Below are positions 8,628 through 17,506 of a stretch of DNA of 64,000 nucleotides, one piece after another; within the stretch, counting starts at the first letter, position 1, and each line of letters starts with the position of its first letter. The notes beneath the pieces were generated by a model. The model ran no database searches, was not told the origin of the DNA, and saw only the letters and a program-made list of their open reading frames with translations. Source of the DNA: Minisyncoccota bacterium (GTDB lineage: Bacteria > Patescibacteriota > Minisyncoccia > Phycocordibacterales > Phycocordibacteraceae); NCBI GenBank assembly GCA_039927695.1, contig JBDSUM010000017.1, forward strand, positions 1,631-65,630. The letters run 5' to 3'. The translations under genes were made by a program, and so were the position numbers.

Positions 8628-8882
8628 TTATTTAACACCTCGTACCGCAATCCCCTCCTTCGCCGCTTGTTCAAAAATGATCGTTTGCTTTGTATGAAGC
8701 GCTGATTTCACCACAGGTGGTACTGCAACGATTAGTATTCCTTCTTTAAACGTTATTTGCTTTGGCTCAATAGGAACTCCCAAAGAATCAGCTACTACTT
8801 TAGCGAGTACATGGCGCTCATTAGATTCCTTTAGTCCCGGTACCTTAAGCCTGGCAATGATGTCGCTAAGCCGTATTTCCAT
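8628..8882 (-). CDS. Putative DciA/DUF721-like protein
   Basis: 84 aa, 5 nt downstream of dnaN; pattern FKEGILIVAV-PPVVKSALHTKQTII resembles the DciA core. Confidence 0.5.
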   Translation of the reverse strand: MEIRLSDIIARLKVPGLKESNERHVLAKVVADSLGVPIEPKQITFKEGILIVAVPPVVKSALHTKQTIIFEQAAKEGIAVRGVK

Positions 8883-8887
8883 ACCTC

Positions 8888-9988
8888 TTACTGATTCATT
8901 GGCATCACGAGATAGAGAAGAGTGTTGTCCCCTACTCCACGAATAACGAGCGGGCGACCAATACCTGCAGATGAAAGTGTGAGGTTTTCAGTCGTGATGA
9001 GTGGAATTGGAGCTGAGAGATAACGATGATTGAAAGAAAGCTCAATAGACTCACCCGTAACCGATGCTGGTACACCCTCAGATGATTCTCCGATGTCGCT
9101 ATTACGTGCTGAGAATACGACACGCTTTTCTTCTCCAACAAATCCTATACGAACTTTCTGGAATGAGTCAGAGAACACTGATGTTCGCTTGAGTGCAGAT
9201 TCAAAATCTTTACGTAGGATGGTCGCCTCAGAAACAAAAGCTTTAGGAATTATCTGTGCGTAGTCAGGATAGGGGACGGTAACAAGGCGCGTAGTAACAA
9301 TGCCGTTTGGCCATGAAAACGCGCACTGATGTTCATCTACCAACACTTCTACATCAGTGTCGGGTAGTGTTTGAACGATATCGATAGCATTCTTTGCGGG
9401 TATAAGAATAGAAAATGGAGAAATAGTTCCGGCAAGTGACATTCTCTTCTCTGCAAGACGGAATGAGTCAGTTGCAACAGCCTTCACAACACCACCTTCA
9501 GCAGACAAAAGCACGCTACCAAGTTCAGGACGTACCGTTGATGGTGAAGCACATGGTGCGACAGCGAGTACCAATGTCTTAAGTGCACTACCAGGTAGGG
9601 TAAATTTAGACGCTGACGCCTCTGGGAATGGGAGTGTGGGGAAATCCTCGTATGAGAGTGTTTTAAGCTGACTGCGACCTGCTGGCGAGCTTATGACGAC
9701 CGTCTCACCACCGTGCTCAAGCGTAATAGTTCCTGTTCCTGAGAAAGATGAGGTGATTTCACGAAGAGTGGTTGCTGGGAGAGCTACAACACCAGGTTCT
9801 TTAATTGTTCCTGCTACTTTAAAATCAATCCCTGTTTCAAGATTTGTTGCACGTAGTTTAATTCCATCATCCCCTGCAACGATTGCAATACCTGCAAGAA
9901 CAGGAAGAGTTGCTGATCGTCTCTCAGCAAACCGTGCCACTCGCGCAACCGCCTCTGAGAATTCTTTTTTTTCTAAAGTTATGAGCAT
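8888..9988 (-). CDS. dnaN: DNA polymerase III beta sliding clamp
   Basis: ATNLE, VATDSFRLA, YPDY, YLVMPM; next to dnaA. Confidence 0.97.
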   Translation of the reverse strand: MLITLEKKEFSEAVARVARFAERRSATLPVLAGIAIVAGDDGIKLRATNLETGIDFKVAGTIKEPGVVALPATTLREITSSFSGTGTITLEHGGETVVISSPAGRSQLKTLSYEDFPTLPFPEASASKFTLPGSALKTLVLAVAPCASPSTVRPELGSVLLSAEGGVVKAVATDSFRLAEKRMSLAGTISPFSILIPAKNAIDIVQTLPDTDVEVLVDEHQCAFSWPNGIVTTRLVTVPYPDYAQIIPKAFVSEATILRKDFESALKRTSVFSDSFQKVRIGFVGEEKRVVFSARNSDIGESSEGVPASVTGESIELSFNHRYLSAPIPLITTENLTLSSAGIGRPLVIRGVGDNTLLYLVMPMNQ

Positions 9989-9991
9989 ACT

Positions 9992-10221
9992 CTTATTATT
10001 AGGGGTGTTGATACTGGGGAAAGAGGTATGTGACTAGTATATACGCTCTGTGTGGGTTGGACTACGGCTCGCTATCGTGGGTACTAGGTAGTGTTTGGTG
10101 GGGGATAACTTGAACCCTTTAAATTCGATGGGGATAACTACCTCCGATATTGCTAGTTTCTACCAGGCTTTCCCCATCGCTATCCCCTGTTTCCTACAGG
10201 ATGTCCCCACCATTATCCCTC
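9992..10221. promoter_or_regulatory. Replication origin oriC (variant DnaA boxes plus DnaA-trios)
   Basis: dnaA-dnaN intergenic region with about seven TTATCCCCA-like 9-mers; minus strand CTTTCCCCA-GTATCAACA-CCCC-TAATAATAA unwinding module at 10023-9993. Confidence 0.85.
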
Positions 10222-10227
10222 TTGTGC

Positions 10228-11574
10228 CTAGACTAAGAGCGTGCGTATATCTGAAATTTCCTTTGCGAGCTCCGCGTCCTCAGCAACTTCTCTTTTAACC
10301 TTTTCGCACGAGTGAATAACCGTAGTGTGGTCGCGACCGCCAAGCTTATTACCAATTGTTGGGTACGAAACACTAAAGTCTTCGCGCAGAATGTACATAA
10401 TTACCTGACGAGGACGCACCACCTCCCTTCTACGAGTCTTTTCATAGATACTTTCTTCCTCAATGCCATAGAACTCGGCCACTTTCGATACCACGTGCTT
10501 CACGGAGATGGTTTTTGTTGGTCGTGAGAAGGAGCGAAGCGATTGGCGTACTTCCGCAAGATCTGGTGGAGCACCCTTTACCTGTGTGTGGCAGACAATA
10601 CTATTTATGACCCCTTCAAGCTCACGAATAGAACCTGCTACTGATGAAGCAATGTATTCAACAGATTCATTTGCGAGCTCCACACCATTGGCAGCTAGCT
10701 TCTTTCGTACGATAGCAACACGAGACTCATTGTCGGGTTCCCCAATATCAACGGTCATACCACTTGCGAGGCGTCCACGGAGGCGATCAGCGATGTCAGG
10801 GATGGCAACAGGCGCGCGATCAGATGAGAACAGAATCTGCTTGTTGTTGTCGTACAGGTAATTAAACAAATGGAAGAGCTCTTCGCTAATCTTGTCCTTC
10901 TTCGAGAGGAACTGCACGTCGTCCATAATCAAAAGATCATACTGGCGATACTTTTCCTTGAATCGATTAGCCGTACCTGACTGGAGAGAGTCCGTGAAGT
11001 CAGTACCAAACTTTTCACTCGTTAAGTAAAAGACTTTGCGTGTTGGATGGAGCTTCTTGTACTGGTTTCCAATAGCTTGGATGAGGTGTGTCTTCCCTCT
11101 TCCGGTGTCCCCGTAAATAAATAAGGGGTTATAGGTGATTCCGGGGCGAGAGAGAGCTGCTTGGGCTGCATTAAAGGCTAATTCGTTGAATGAACCAACG
11201 ACAAACGAGTCAAAGGTATAGCGAGGATTTAGATTATCGCTCTTATTTATATAGAAATCATCGAGTGGAAGCTCAGGAGTTGGTACAGGACGGCGGTTCT
11301 CTTTTGGTTTGCGTGTCACGTCCTTCACGATCATGTATTCAATGTTGCGATAGTCATGGGAAACACCACGCAAGATCTTTAGGAGAAGCATATTGAACTT
11401 CTTTATATACCAGTCTTTGAAAAAGAGACTTGGAACGCCGATAAAAACGATTCCATCTTCTATCTTTACGATTGAACTTTCACGAAACCATGTATTGAAA
11501 TTAGCGGGAGAAATAGAAAGTTCTATCTGCGTGAGCACGTATTCCCAAAGTTCATGTGGATCAGAACGATTCAT
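10228..11574 (-). CDS. dnaA: Chromosomal replication initiator DnaA
   Basis: [31 protein letters not shown]. Confidence 0.98.
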   Translation of the reverse strand: MNRSDPHELWEYVLTQIELSISPANFNTWFRESSIVKIEDGIVFIGVPSLFFKDWYIKKFNMLLLKILRGVSHDYRNIEYMIVKDVTRKPKENRRPVPTPELPLDDFYINKSDNLNPRYTFDSFVVGSFNELAFNAAQAALSRPGITYNPLFIYGDTGRGKTHLIQAIGNQYKKLHPTRKVFYLTSEKFGTDFTDSLQSGTANRFKEKYRQYDLLIMDDVQFLSKKDKISEELFHLFNYLYDNNKQILFSSDRAPVAIPDIADRLRGRLASGMTVDIGEPDNESRVAIVRKKLAANGVELANESVEYIASSVAGSIRELEGVINSIVCHTQVKGAPPDLAEVRQSLRSFSRPTKTISVKHVVSKVAEFYGIEEESIYEKTRRREVVRPRQVIMYILREDFSVSYPTIGNKLGGRDHTTVIHSCEKVKREVAEDAELAKEISDIRTLLV

Positions 11575-11666
11575 AGTATGCCTAGTATACGTGTCTTTCC
11601 CAGAGTGGAAAGCTGGCGGCTAGAAGCCGCATTTGTTGCACTTCTCCAGTCAACCTGGTACTATCC

Positions 11667-11675
11667 TGTGGACAA
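11667..11675 (-). promoter_or_regulatory. DnaA box-like site in the dnaA/rpmH divergent region
   Basis: TTGTCCACA on the minus strand, one mismatch from TTATCCACA. Confidence 0.45.
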
Positions 11676-11676
11676 C

Positions 11677-11838
11677 ATGCCTAAGCGAACTTACCAACCA
11701 AAGAAGCGAAAGCGAGCCCGAACTCACGGGTTCCGCGCTCGTTCAGCGACCCCTGGTGGTCGTCGTGTACTCCTCGCGCGTCGCCGTAAGGGTCGCACAA
11801 ACCTCTCCGTCTCTCCAACCAAGACGTTGAGCAAGTAA
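11677..11838 (+). CDS. rpmH: 50S ribosomal protein L34
   Basis: [22 protein letters not shown]...RRRKGR. Confidence 0.97.
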   Translation: MPKRTYQPKKRKRARTHGFRARSATPGGRRVLLARRRKGRTNLSVSPTKTLSK

Positions 11839-11850
11839 ATACGCCATTAT

Positions 11851-12180
11851 ATGCTGCCACGGCCCCTCAGGCTTACCAGGCAGGGTTTCTCTAATACTCG
11901 AGGCCTAAAACGCGTGCACAGCACGCATTTTTCGCTTTCATACGGGCACGTCGAGGTCGCAGGTCTTGGTGGCTCAGGAGTCATCGTCCCCAAGAAAGCC
12001 GTTAAGGGTTCTGTGGCTCGTCACTTGCTCAAGCGTCGCGTACGCGCCGTCCTACTTCCCTACAGCAACCCTTCACGCATCTTCATCGTTTCCGCACGGG
12101 CAAAAGCCGATACTCTTTCATATCAAGAACTCGAAGGTGAGCTTTCCGCGCTCATTGGGTCTATAATAAAGAACACCTAA
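11851..12180 (+). CDS. rnpA: RNase P protein component
   Basis: MLPRPLRL start, KKAVKGSVARHLLKRR (RNR-like motif); rpmH-rnpA-yidC synteny. Confidence 0.9.
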   Translation: MLPRPLRLTRQGFSNTRGLKRVHSTHFSLSYGHVEVAGLGGSGVIVPKKAVKGSVARHLLKRRVRAVLLPYSNPSRIFIVSARAKADTLSYQELEGELSALIGSIIKNT

Positions 12181-12183
12181 GGC

Positions 12184-12930
12184 ATGATCTCTTCTCTTTT
12201 TCATTCGGTACTCTACGTTCCTATCTATAACCTCCTCATTTTCTTTACAGGAATAGTGCCTGGCGGAGATGTTGGTATTGCTGTCATTATCGTGACCGTT
12301 ATCGTGAAGATTATTACCGCGCCCCTTTCTATTAGCGCGGCAAAGACTCAGCGACGCATGAAGCACGTCGAGCCTCAGATGAAGGCAATCAAGGAAAAGT
12401 ATAAGGACGACAAGGCAAAGCAGGCCACGGAAACGATGGCACTCTATAAAAACAACAGCATTAAGCCGTTTTCGAGCATTTTCACCATGCTCCTTCAGCT
12501 CCCTGTCATTATCGCTCTCTACCTTGTCTTCCGTCGTGAACAGTTACTTCACGCGAATCTCGCTCTTGTATATACCTTTGTTCCGCTCCCAACGAACATC
12601 TCCCCCCTCTTCCTAGGGCTTTTTGCTACCACTGGACATAGCATCACACTCGCAGTAATAGCGGCTGCAACACAATTCCTCCAAGCACGCCTCACTATTC
12701 CCCTTCCCCCAAAGCCTGCTAAGGGAAGCACACCGTCTTCAGGCGAGGAGTTTGCACGAGCGCTTGCCCTGCAGTCACGTCTACTCCTCCCTATACTTAT
12801 CGGTGTCTTCGCTTATACCACTGGTGCAATCGCACTGTACTTCATCACAAGCAGTGTTGTAGCTCTTCTCCAAGAGTTCTACCTTCGCCGCACGACGCAT
12901 GTGCCTGCGACGGAGCCGATTGTTATCTAA
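12184..12930 (+). CDS. yidC: Membrane protein insertase YidC/Oxa1
   Basis: GIAVIIVTVIVK, KEKYKDD..Q..ETMALYK, LLQLPVIIALY. Confidence 0.93.
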   Translation: MISSLFHSVLYVPIYNLLIFFTGIVPGGDVGIAVIIVTVIVKIITAPLSISAAKTQRRMKHVEPQMKAIKEKYKDDKAKQATETMALYKNNSIKPFSSIFTMLLQLPVIIALYLVFRREQLLHANLALVYTFVPLPTNISPLFLGLFATTGHSITLAVIAAATQFLQARLTIPLPPKPAKGSTPSSGEEFARALALQSRLLLPILIGVFAYTTGAIALYFITSSVVALLQEFYLRRTTHVPATEPIVI

Positions 12931-12970
12931 TATTCGCGACATAGAAAAAGCCCGCTCATGCGGGCTTTTT

Positions 12971-14194
12971 CTATAGGTCGTATGCGTACAGCGCACCGGT
13001 GTGCTTGTCAGTAAACATAAGAATGTCCTCCCCTGGATCTGTGGTGAGTGACACTGCATCTACCGATACTTTTCCTACTTGCGTAGGGTCAACAACAAGC
13101 GTCGCGAGACGTTGTGTCAGGTCTATCTTCCAGATGCGGTCAGTAAAGATAGTCGCACCTTGGTACCAATTATCAGGAAGGTTACCTTGCATTGCTGTTG
13201 GCACCGCACAATACGCCGAGAGGTTGTCAGTAGACCAAGTACACTTCTCTGCAAACGTTGCGAGTGGAAGAGCTGTGCTTGTACGATTCTTAACGTCCAT
13301 CACACGCAAATGTACGACACCGGCGTCTACATAACTGAAGAGTAGCGAAGTGCCTGACGGGCTAGGAAGCACCGAGAGTCCGGGAAACGGCCCAAGTATA
13401 CGGCTAAATCCGCCACTCGTACGATCAATCTGGAATGCGTAGCCATCAATAGATGATGATGGCTTGTTCGTCGCAAAGAAATTACCGTTAGTCGGGTGAA
13501 CTACGAGCGATGAAAGAAGGGTTGAGAACAACGTCTTGGCATTGGTACCATCGGCGTGTGCAATAGTGCCCACAGACCCTGTCGTCCCCGAGAGAAGGCT
13601 AAAGAATGAGCTCGAACCAACGACGAGTGCTTGGTTTAGATCTTGTTCCAATAAGTATCCCTCTCCACTGTGAGCGTCTAAGGAGTATGTATCAATGTGT
13701 TCGCCACCTGCGCTTGTAGAAAGGAATCGTGCATATGCACGAGAGCCATCTGAAAGCCATGAGACTTCTTGTACGCCCGGAAGTGTCTTGTTACTAATGC
13801 GTGTAAGAGTTCGAGCATGCGCGATATACGCGTATACGTTGCCACTCGCACGATCTATAAAGTGAACTTCAACGTCAGGTGTTGTGCTGCTGGTTGAAGC
13901 GGTAGCATCAGTTCCTGGAACCGGGAGCTGCACGTCTACAGCCACCGTACCGCGCGCTACAGGCCCGTCAGTGACTTTAATAAGTCGTGGAGCGAGCTCA
14001 GTACCTGCATTTGAAAGTGTGCCGTCGGTGTTTGGAAGATTTGAGCTTGGTGTTGCATTACCAGCGCCAGTATTATCAAACGGATTCCCCACCGTGAGTG
14101 TCGCAGCCCCTGGAGCAAAGAACATGTAGTACACGCCAACAATAATACCGAGTAGTACGATAATTCCCGCAATGATAATGAGTGTTCGTTTCAT
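12971..14194 (-). CDS. Membrane-anchored beta-rich (propeller-like) extracytoplasmic protein
   Basis: N-terminal TM helix, beta-rich body, EKCTWS..YCAVP..LPDNWYQG..DRIWKI. Confidence 0.7.
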   Translation of the reverse strand: MKRTLIIIAGIIVLLGIIVGVYYMFFAPGAATLTVGNPFDNTGAGNATPSSNLPNTDGTLSNAGTELAPRLIKVTDGPVARGTVAVDVQLPVPGTDATASTSSTTPDVEVHFIDRASGNVYAYIAHARTLTRISNKTLPGVQEVSWLSDGSRAYARFLSTSAGGEHIDTYSLDAHSGEGYLLEQDLNQALVVGSSSFFSLLSGTTGSVGTIAHADGTNAKTLFSTLLSSLVVHPTNGNFFATNKPSSSIDGYAFQIDRTSGGFSRILGPFPGLSVLPSPSGTSLLFSYVDAGVVHLRVMDVKNRTSTALPLATFAEKCTWSTDNLSAYCAVPTAMQGNLPDNWYQGATIFTDRIWKIDLTQRLATLVVDPTQVGKVSVDAVSLTTDPGEDILMFTDKHTGALYAYDL

Positions 14195-14198
14195 GGTA

Positions 14199-15149
14199 TT
14201 AAGGTAAACATGTCATGAGGCCGTCGACACACGTTTGAGGCTTCCCATCGGCATCAAAGCAACTTTTAGGCTGACTAGTTGCTTTGAACTTAGCATAGCC
14301 ACCAGCTGTTTTGCAGGCTGGAACAAATTGATTCCACGCGTAGGCAGATACCGAGTCAGGAACATATGCTTTGTTTACAATATTTGCAACAGCATAAGAT
14401 TGAACTGAACAGTATGCCGTGTATTGATTACACCCCTTTGCGTCACAGGTACCCTTATTTGCAGGAGAACACGTGCTGGTACAGCCCTTGGTCGTAGCCT
14501 CCCCACCATCAGCTGGTATATTAGCTACGGGAGTGCTTTTAGCAGAAGCAGAACACTGGCCGATAAAAGTATTCATAGCTGCTTCAGTCGAGAAAGTGCC
14601 TTTTTTCAAAAGAGTTCCTGTAACAGTTATTGTTGGACCACTTTGCTCACCTTGCAGTGGAACGCCATTATCATCAGTACCAGCAGCGCTCACGTCTACT
14701 TTCTTTAGGTCAGCAGGTTTCAAGACGCTTACATCCAAATTCAGGTTTAATATCTTAGGGTTAATTATTCCAAAGACGATTGCTGGCGAGAGTACAAGTA
14801 CAAGTCCGATAATCGAGTTAGTGATTATTGATTTTGCATGTTCATTACCAGAAACACTCCCTTTATTAACCATAAATAAGAAACCAGCACGCATGATTTG
14901 AAGAACGGCAATTGTTGCAGCTGCTCCAATACAGATTTTGTACAATCCATTAAAGAATGCTGGCAGATTGGGTGAATTTCCCGCGTCAATTATTCCAGGT
15001 ATAGGGTTGAGTGGAATGAAGCCATCGGTAGGTGCGGCTGCAGCCGATGTAGTTGGATCTGCTGCGAATACGATGCACGGTGCAAGAATAACCGTGAGGA
15101 CAAGGAGGTGAGGAAGCAATGCGCGAATGATGGTAAGTGTCTTTTTCAT
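14199..15149 (-). CDS. VirB2/TrbC-like pilin domain protein with Cys-rich C-terminal domain
   Basis: Signal peptide, two hydrophobic helices (AAATIAVLQIMRAGF; AKSIITNSIIGLVLVL..INPKIL), then a Cys-rich tail. Confidence 0.7.
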   Translation of the reverse strand: MKKTLTIIRALLPHLLVLTVILAPCIVFAADPTTSAAAAPTDGFIPLNPIPGIIDAGNSPNLPAFFNGLYKICIGAAATIAVLQIMRAGFLFMVNKGSVSGNEHAKSIITNSIIGLVLVLSPAIVFGIINPKILNLNLDVSVLKPADLKKVDVSAAGTDDNGVPLQGEQSGPTITVTGTLLKKGTFSTEAAMNTFIGQCSASAKSTPVANIPADGGEATTKGCTSTCSPANKGTCDAKGCNQYTAYCSVQSYAVANIVNKAYVPDSVSAYAWNQFVPACKTAGGYAKFKATSQPKSCFDADGKPQTCVDGLMTCLP

Positions 15150-15150
15150 A

Positions 15151-16143
15151 TTAGAAGCCAAATATATTCTTTGCTGCAGCACCGAACGTTACTGAAAGTT
15201 GTGCTGCACCCGACTGTAAAGGTGAACTAGATTCCGCGGCTACACCCAGCAGAGCGGTCCCTTTTCCATTTCCAGATGGTCGCACTGTAATATCTTTACC
15301 AGTTTGACTCGCAGTTCCATTGACTGACCAAGAAAGACTTGGGAGGGATGAGAAGTAATATGGCACGACGCGGTAGGTTTCTTCACTACCAGACATAGTG
15401 ATCGAGCTTGGCAACGCATTTTCGTAACGTGGCCCTAGCAATGGATCATTTTCATAGATTTTAACTATCGGATCAGTTGGGGAGATATTTACCGATGCAG
15501 AACCAACAACACTACTGTCCTGGCTTGAGACGATTACACTAATTACACTGTCACGGTAACGGACAGAGGCGGCTGCAGAAAGAATAGATTTCCCTATACC
15601 TGAAGCTCCCTGAAGGACTTGATCATCGTTTTTCCATGTATATACGAGACTCGATGCCGGAATAGACTTGCCGGAACTGTTGCGCAAATCAGGAATGGCA
15701 ATCAATCGGACACGACCTTCACTACCAATGAGTGAAGCTCCTTCGTAGAAAGGGTGAGTTGTTGAGATTGGCTCAACGACGAGTGCGACATCCGCTGGAC
15801 GAATACTCATTTTCTGGGTATATGTCTGTCCGTTATTTACGACCGTAAGTACAATATTGGTAACGATTCCAGGCCCACCGACAGCGATGCTTGCGCTCTC
15901 AGCTCCACTTCCCTTTTGTACCACTCTGCCATTTACAGAGAATGTAACGGTACTTGCAGAAAGGTCGATGAGATCACTATGCGGCGTAACGGTAACGATC
16001 TGGTATGGTCGTGGATAGTCAGGATTTATGGTAATTGAAAGAGGGTCGACGTTTCCAAACTGAGATTGCGCGTGCACGATAACTCCGCCAAAAGCTCCAA
16101 GACCGAGTAGAAGGAATAATACTAGGGATAGGCGGCGCTTCAT
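15151..16143 (-). CDS. Secreted Ig-like/beta-sandwich protein
   Basis: Signal peptide; beta-rich repeats (YTWKND, LSWSVNG). Confidence 0.7.
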   Translation of the reverse strand: MKRRLSLVLFLLLGLGAFGGVIVHAQSQFGNVDPLSITINPDYPRPYQIVTVTPHSDLIDLSASTVTFSVNGRVVQKGSGAESASIAVGGPGIVTNIVLTVVNNGQTYTQKMSIRPADVALVVEPISTTHPFYEGASLIGSEGRVRLIAIPDLRNSSGKSIPASSLVYTWKNDDQVLQGASGIGKSILSAAASVRYRDSVISVIVSSQDSSVVGSASVNISPTDPIVKIYENDPLLGPRYENALPSSITMSGSEETYRVVPYYFSSLPSLSWSVNGTASQTGKDITVRPSGNGKGTALLGVAAESSSPLQSGAAQLSVTFGAAAKNIFGF

Positions 16144-16216
16144 CGTGTCTACAGTATACCTTGCACCGCACGCTCAACTGAAGCTATTAACTCCTTAATG
16201 TTGATGAAAAGTAAGA

Positions 16217-17497
16217 CTAAACACTTTCTGCCTTTAACGCCTGGGAAGCAAGTTTTCGAGTGAGCTCCTCATCTCCCTGCGCATAGGCACGAGCTTTCTC
16301 GGGGTAATATTTGATAAGTTCGTCACGGAATTCGTGATGATAATGTGGGTCTCGTTCGTCACGTCCTCTACCATCGTAGCGATGATCAAGAAAAAACTTC
16401 TTATAGACTGGGTCGTCCTTCATATGCTGATAGATACGAGTCTTTTCCTGTGCTGCGTAAGCAGCAACTCTTTTAGGATCTCTTCGTTCAAATTCACGTT
16501 CAACTTCAACCCCAATTTGTTCAGGAATTTTATCAGGTCGTTTTCTACGGTAATATTGATTTAGTTCTTTAAATAGTGGGTCATTTTCCACACCATTCAC
16601 CACAGGACCATACTGCTTAAGATTTTCTTGATACTTACGCTCTATTTCTTCAGTTTCTCGCTGATGTTTTCTCTGAGCTTCTTCTTTATCTCGTCGATAC
16701 TCCTCATTCTTCTTTATGCGAGCACTCTCTTGGGCTGCTTTTCTTTCCTCAGCAATCTTTGTCTCCCGTGCAGTTCTTTCTAATTCACGTTCTCGGTCCT
16801 CTACCTTCAGTGTTTCTGCATTGTGTTGGACTGCAAGGATCTCAGATTCTGCTCTCGGTTCAGTTGCAGGTTTAATCCTTACGGGCCCAGTAGGTGGTGT
16901 TTGTCGTGACAGACTTTGCGGAGCCTCTGCCGGTTTCGTGGCTTGGATATCATGAGCTCTCGATCGACCTCTTAGTGGATTGGGGCTGGCATTCCCTGCT
17001 CCCGATTGACTACGCATACCAACGAGGGTTTGCCCGTTGCGCTGACCCGTAATACGTTCGACAGAACGACCGGAATTTCCGGATGGTTGTTGTTGTGGAT
17101 TGAGCCGTACTGTTTTCGATTGCTGTCTCTTTGGAGTGACTACTGCACTCTTTTGCCTATCTTCTGAACGTGTCGCAAAGATAACCGTGACAACTCCCAT
17201 AGTAATGCCAGGAAGCGCATCAACGATAGGTACGAGCTCAACTACGAGGGTGGTGAGCATGGACGTTACCTTTACCATTGCTTTTTTGCCGCCAAAGTAA
17301 TTAACGCGCATCATTAAGAACCAGATGCCGAACGTTGGAGCTGCAATAAACGTTATGAGATCTGAAGCGAGCACCAACACACCGGTAAAAGCTAATAGAA
17401 CCTGAACGCAATCGAGCACAATTGCCGTCATTATCATAAAACCTCCCGAAATTAGACCAATTCGGTACTCGATTTTTGGCGTAGTTTCCTGTGCCAT
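16217..17497 (-). CDS. Membrane protein with a long charged C-terminal extension
   Basis: N-terminal TM bundle (ELVPIVDALP), then low-complexity, coiled-coil and repeat regions. Confidence 0.7.
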   Translation of the reverse strand: MAQETTPKIEYRIGLISGGFMIMTAIVLDCVQVLLAFTGVLVLASDLITFIAAPTFGIWFLMMRVNYFGGKKAMVKVTSMLTTLVVELVPIVDALPGITMGVVTVIFATRSEDRQKSAVVTPKRQQSKTVRLNPQQQPSGNSGRSVERITGQRNGQTLVGMRSQSGAGNASPNPLRGRSRAHDIQATKPAEAPQSLSRQTPPTGPVRIKPATEPRAESEILAVQHNAETLKVEDRERELERTARETKIAEERKAAQESARIKKNEEYRRDKEEAQRKHQRETEEIERKYQENLKQYGPVVNGVENDPLFKELNQYYRRKRPDKIPEQIGVEVEREFERRDPKRVAAYAAQEKTRIYQHMKDDPVYKKFFLDHRYDGRGRDERDPHYHHEFRDELIKYYPEKARAYAQGDEELTRKLASQALKAESV

Positions 17498-17506
17498 ATC
17501 TGCGCG

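Noticed and set aside
11554-11676. N-terminal extension of L34 given in the ORF track
   Set aside because: L34 homology starts at ATG 11677; the upstream part overlaps the dnaA start and promoter region
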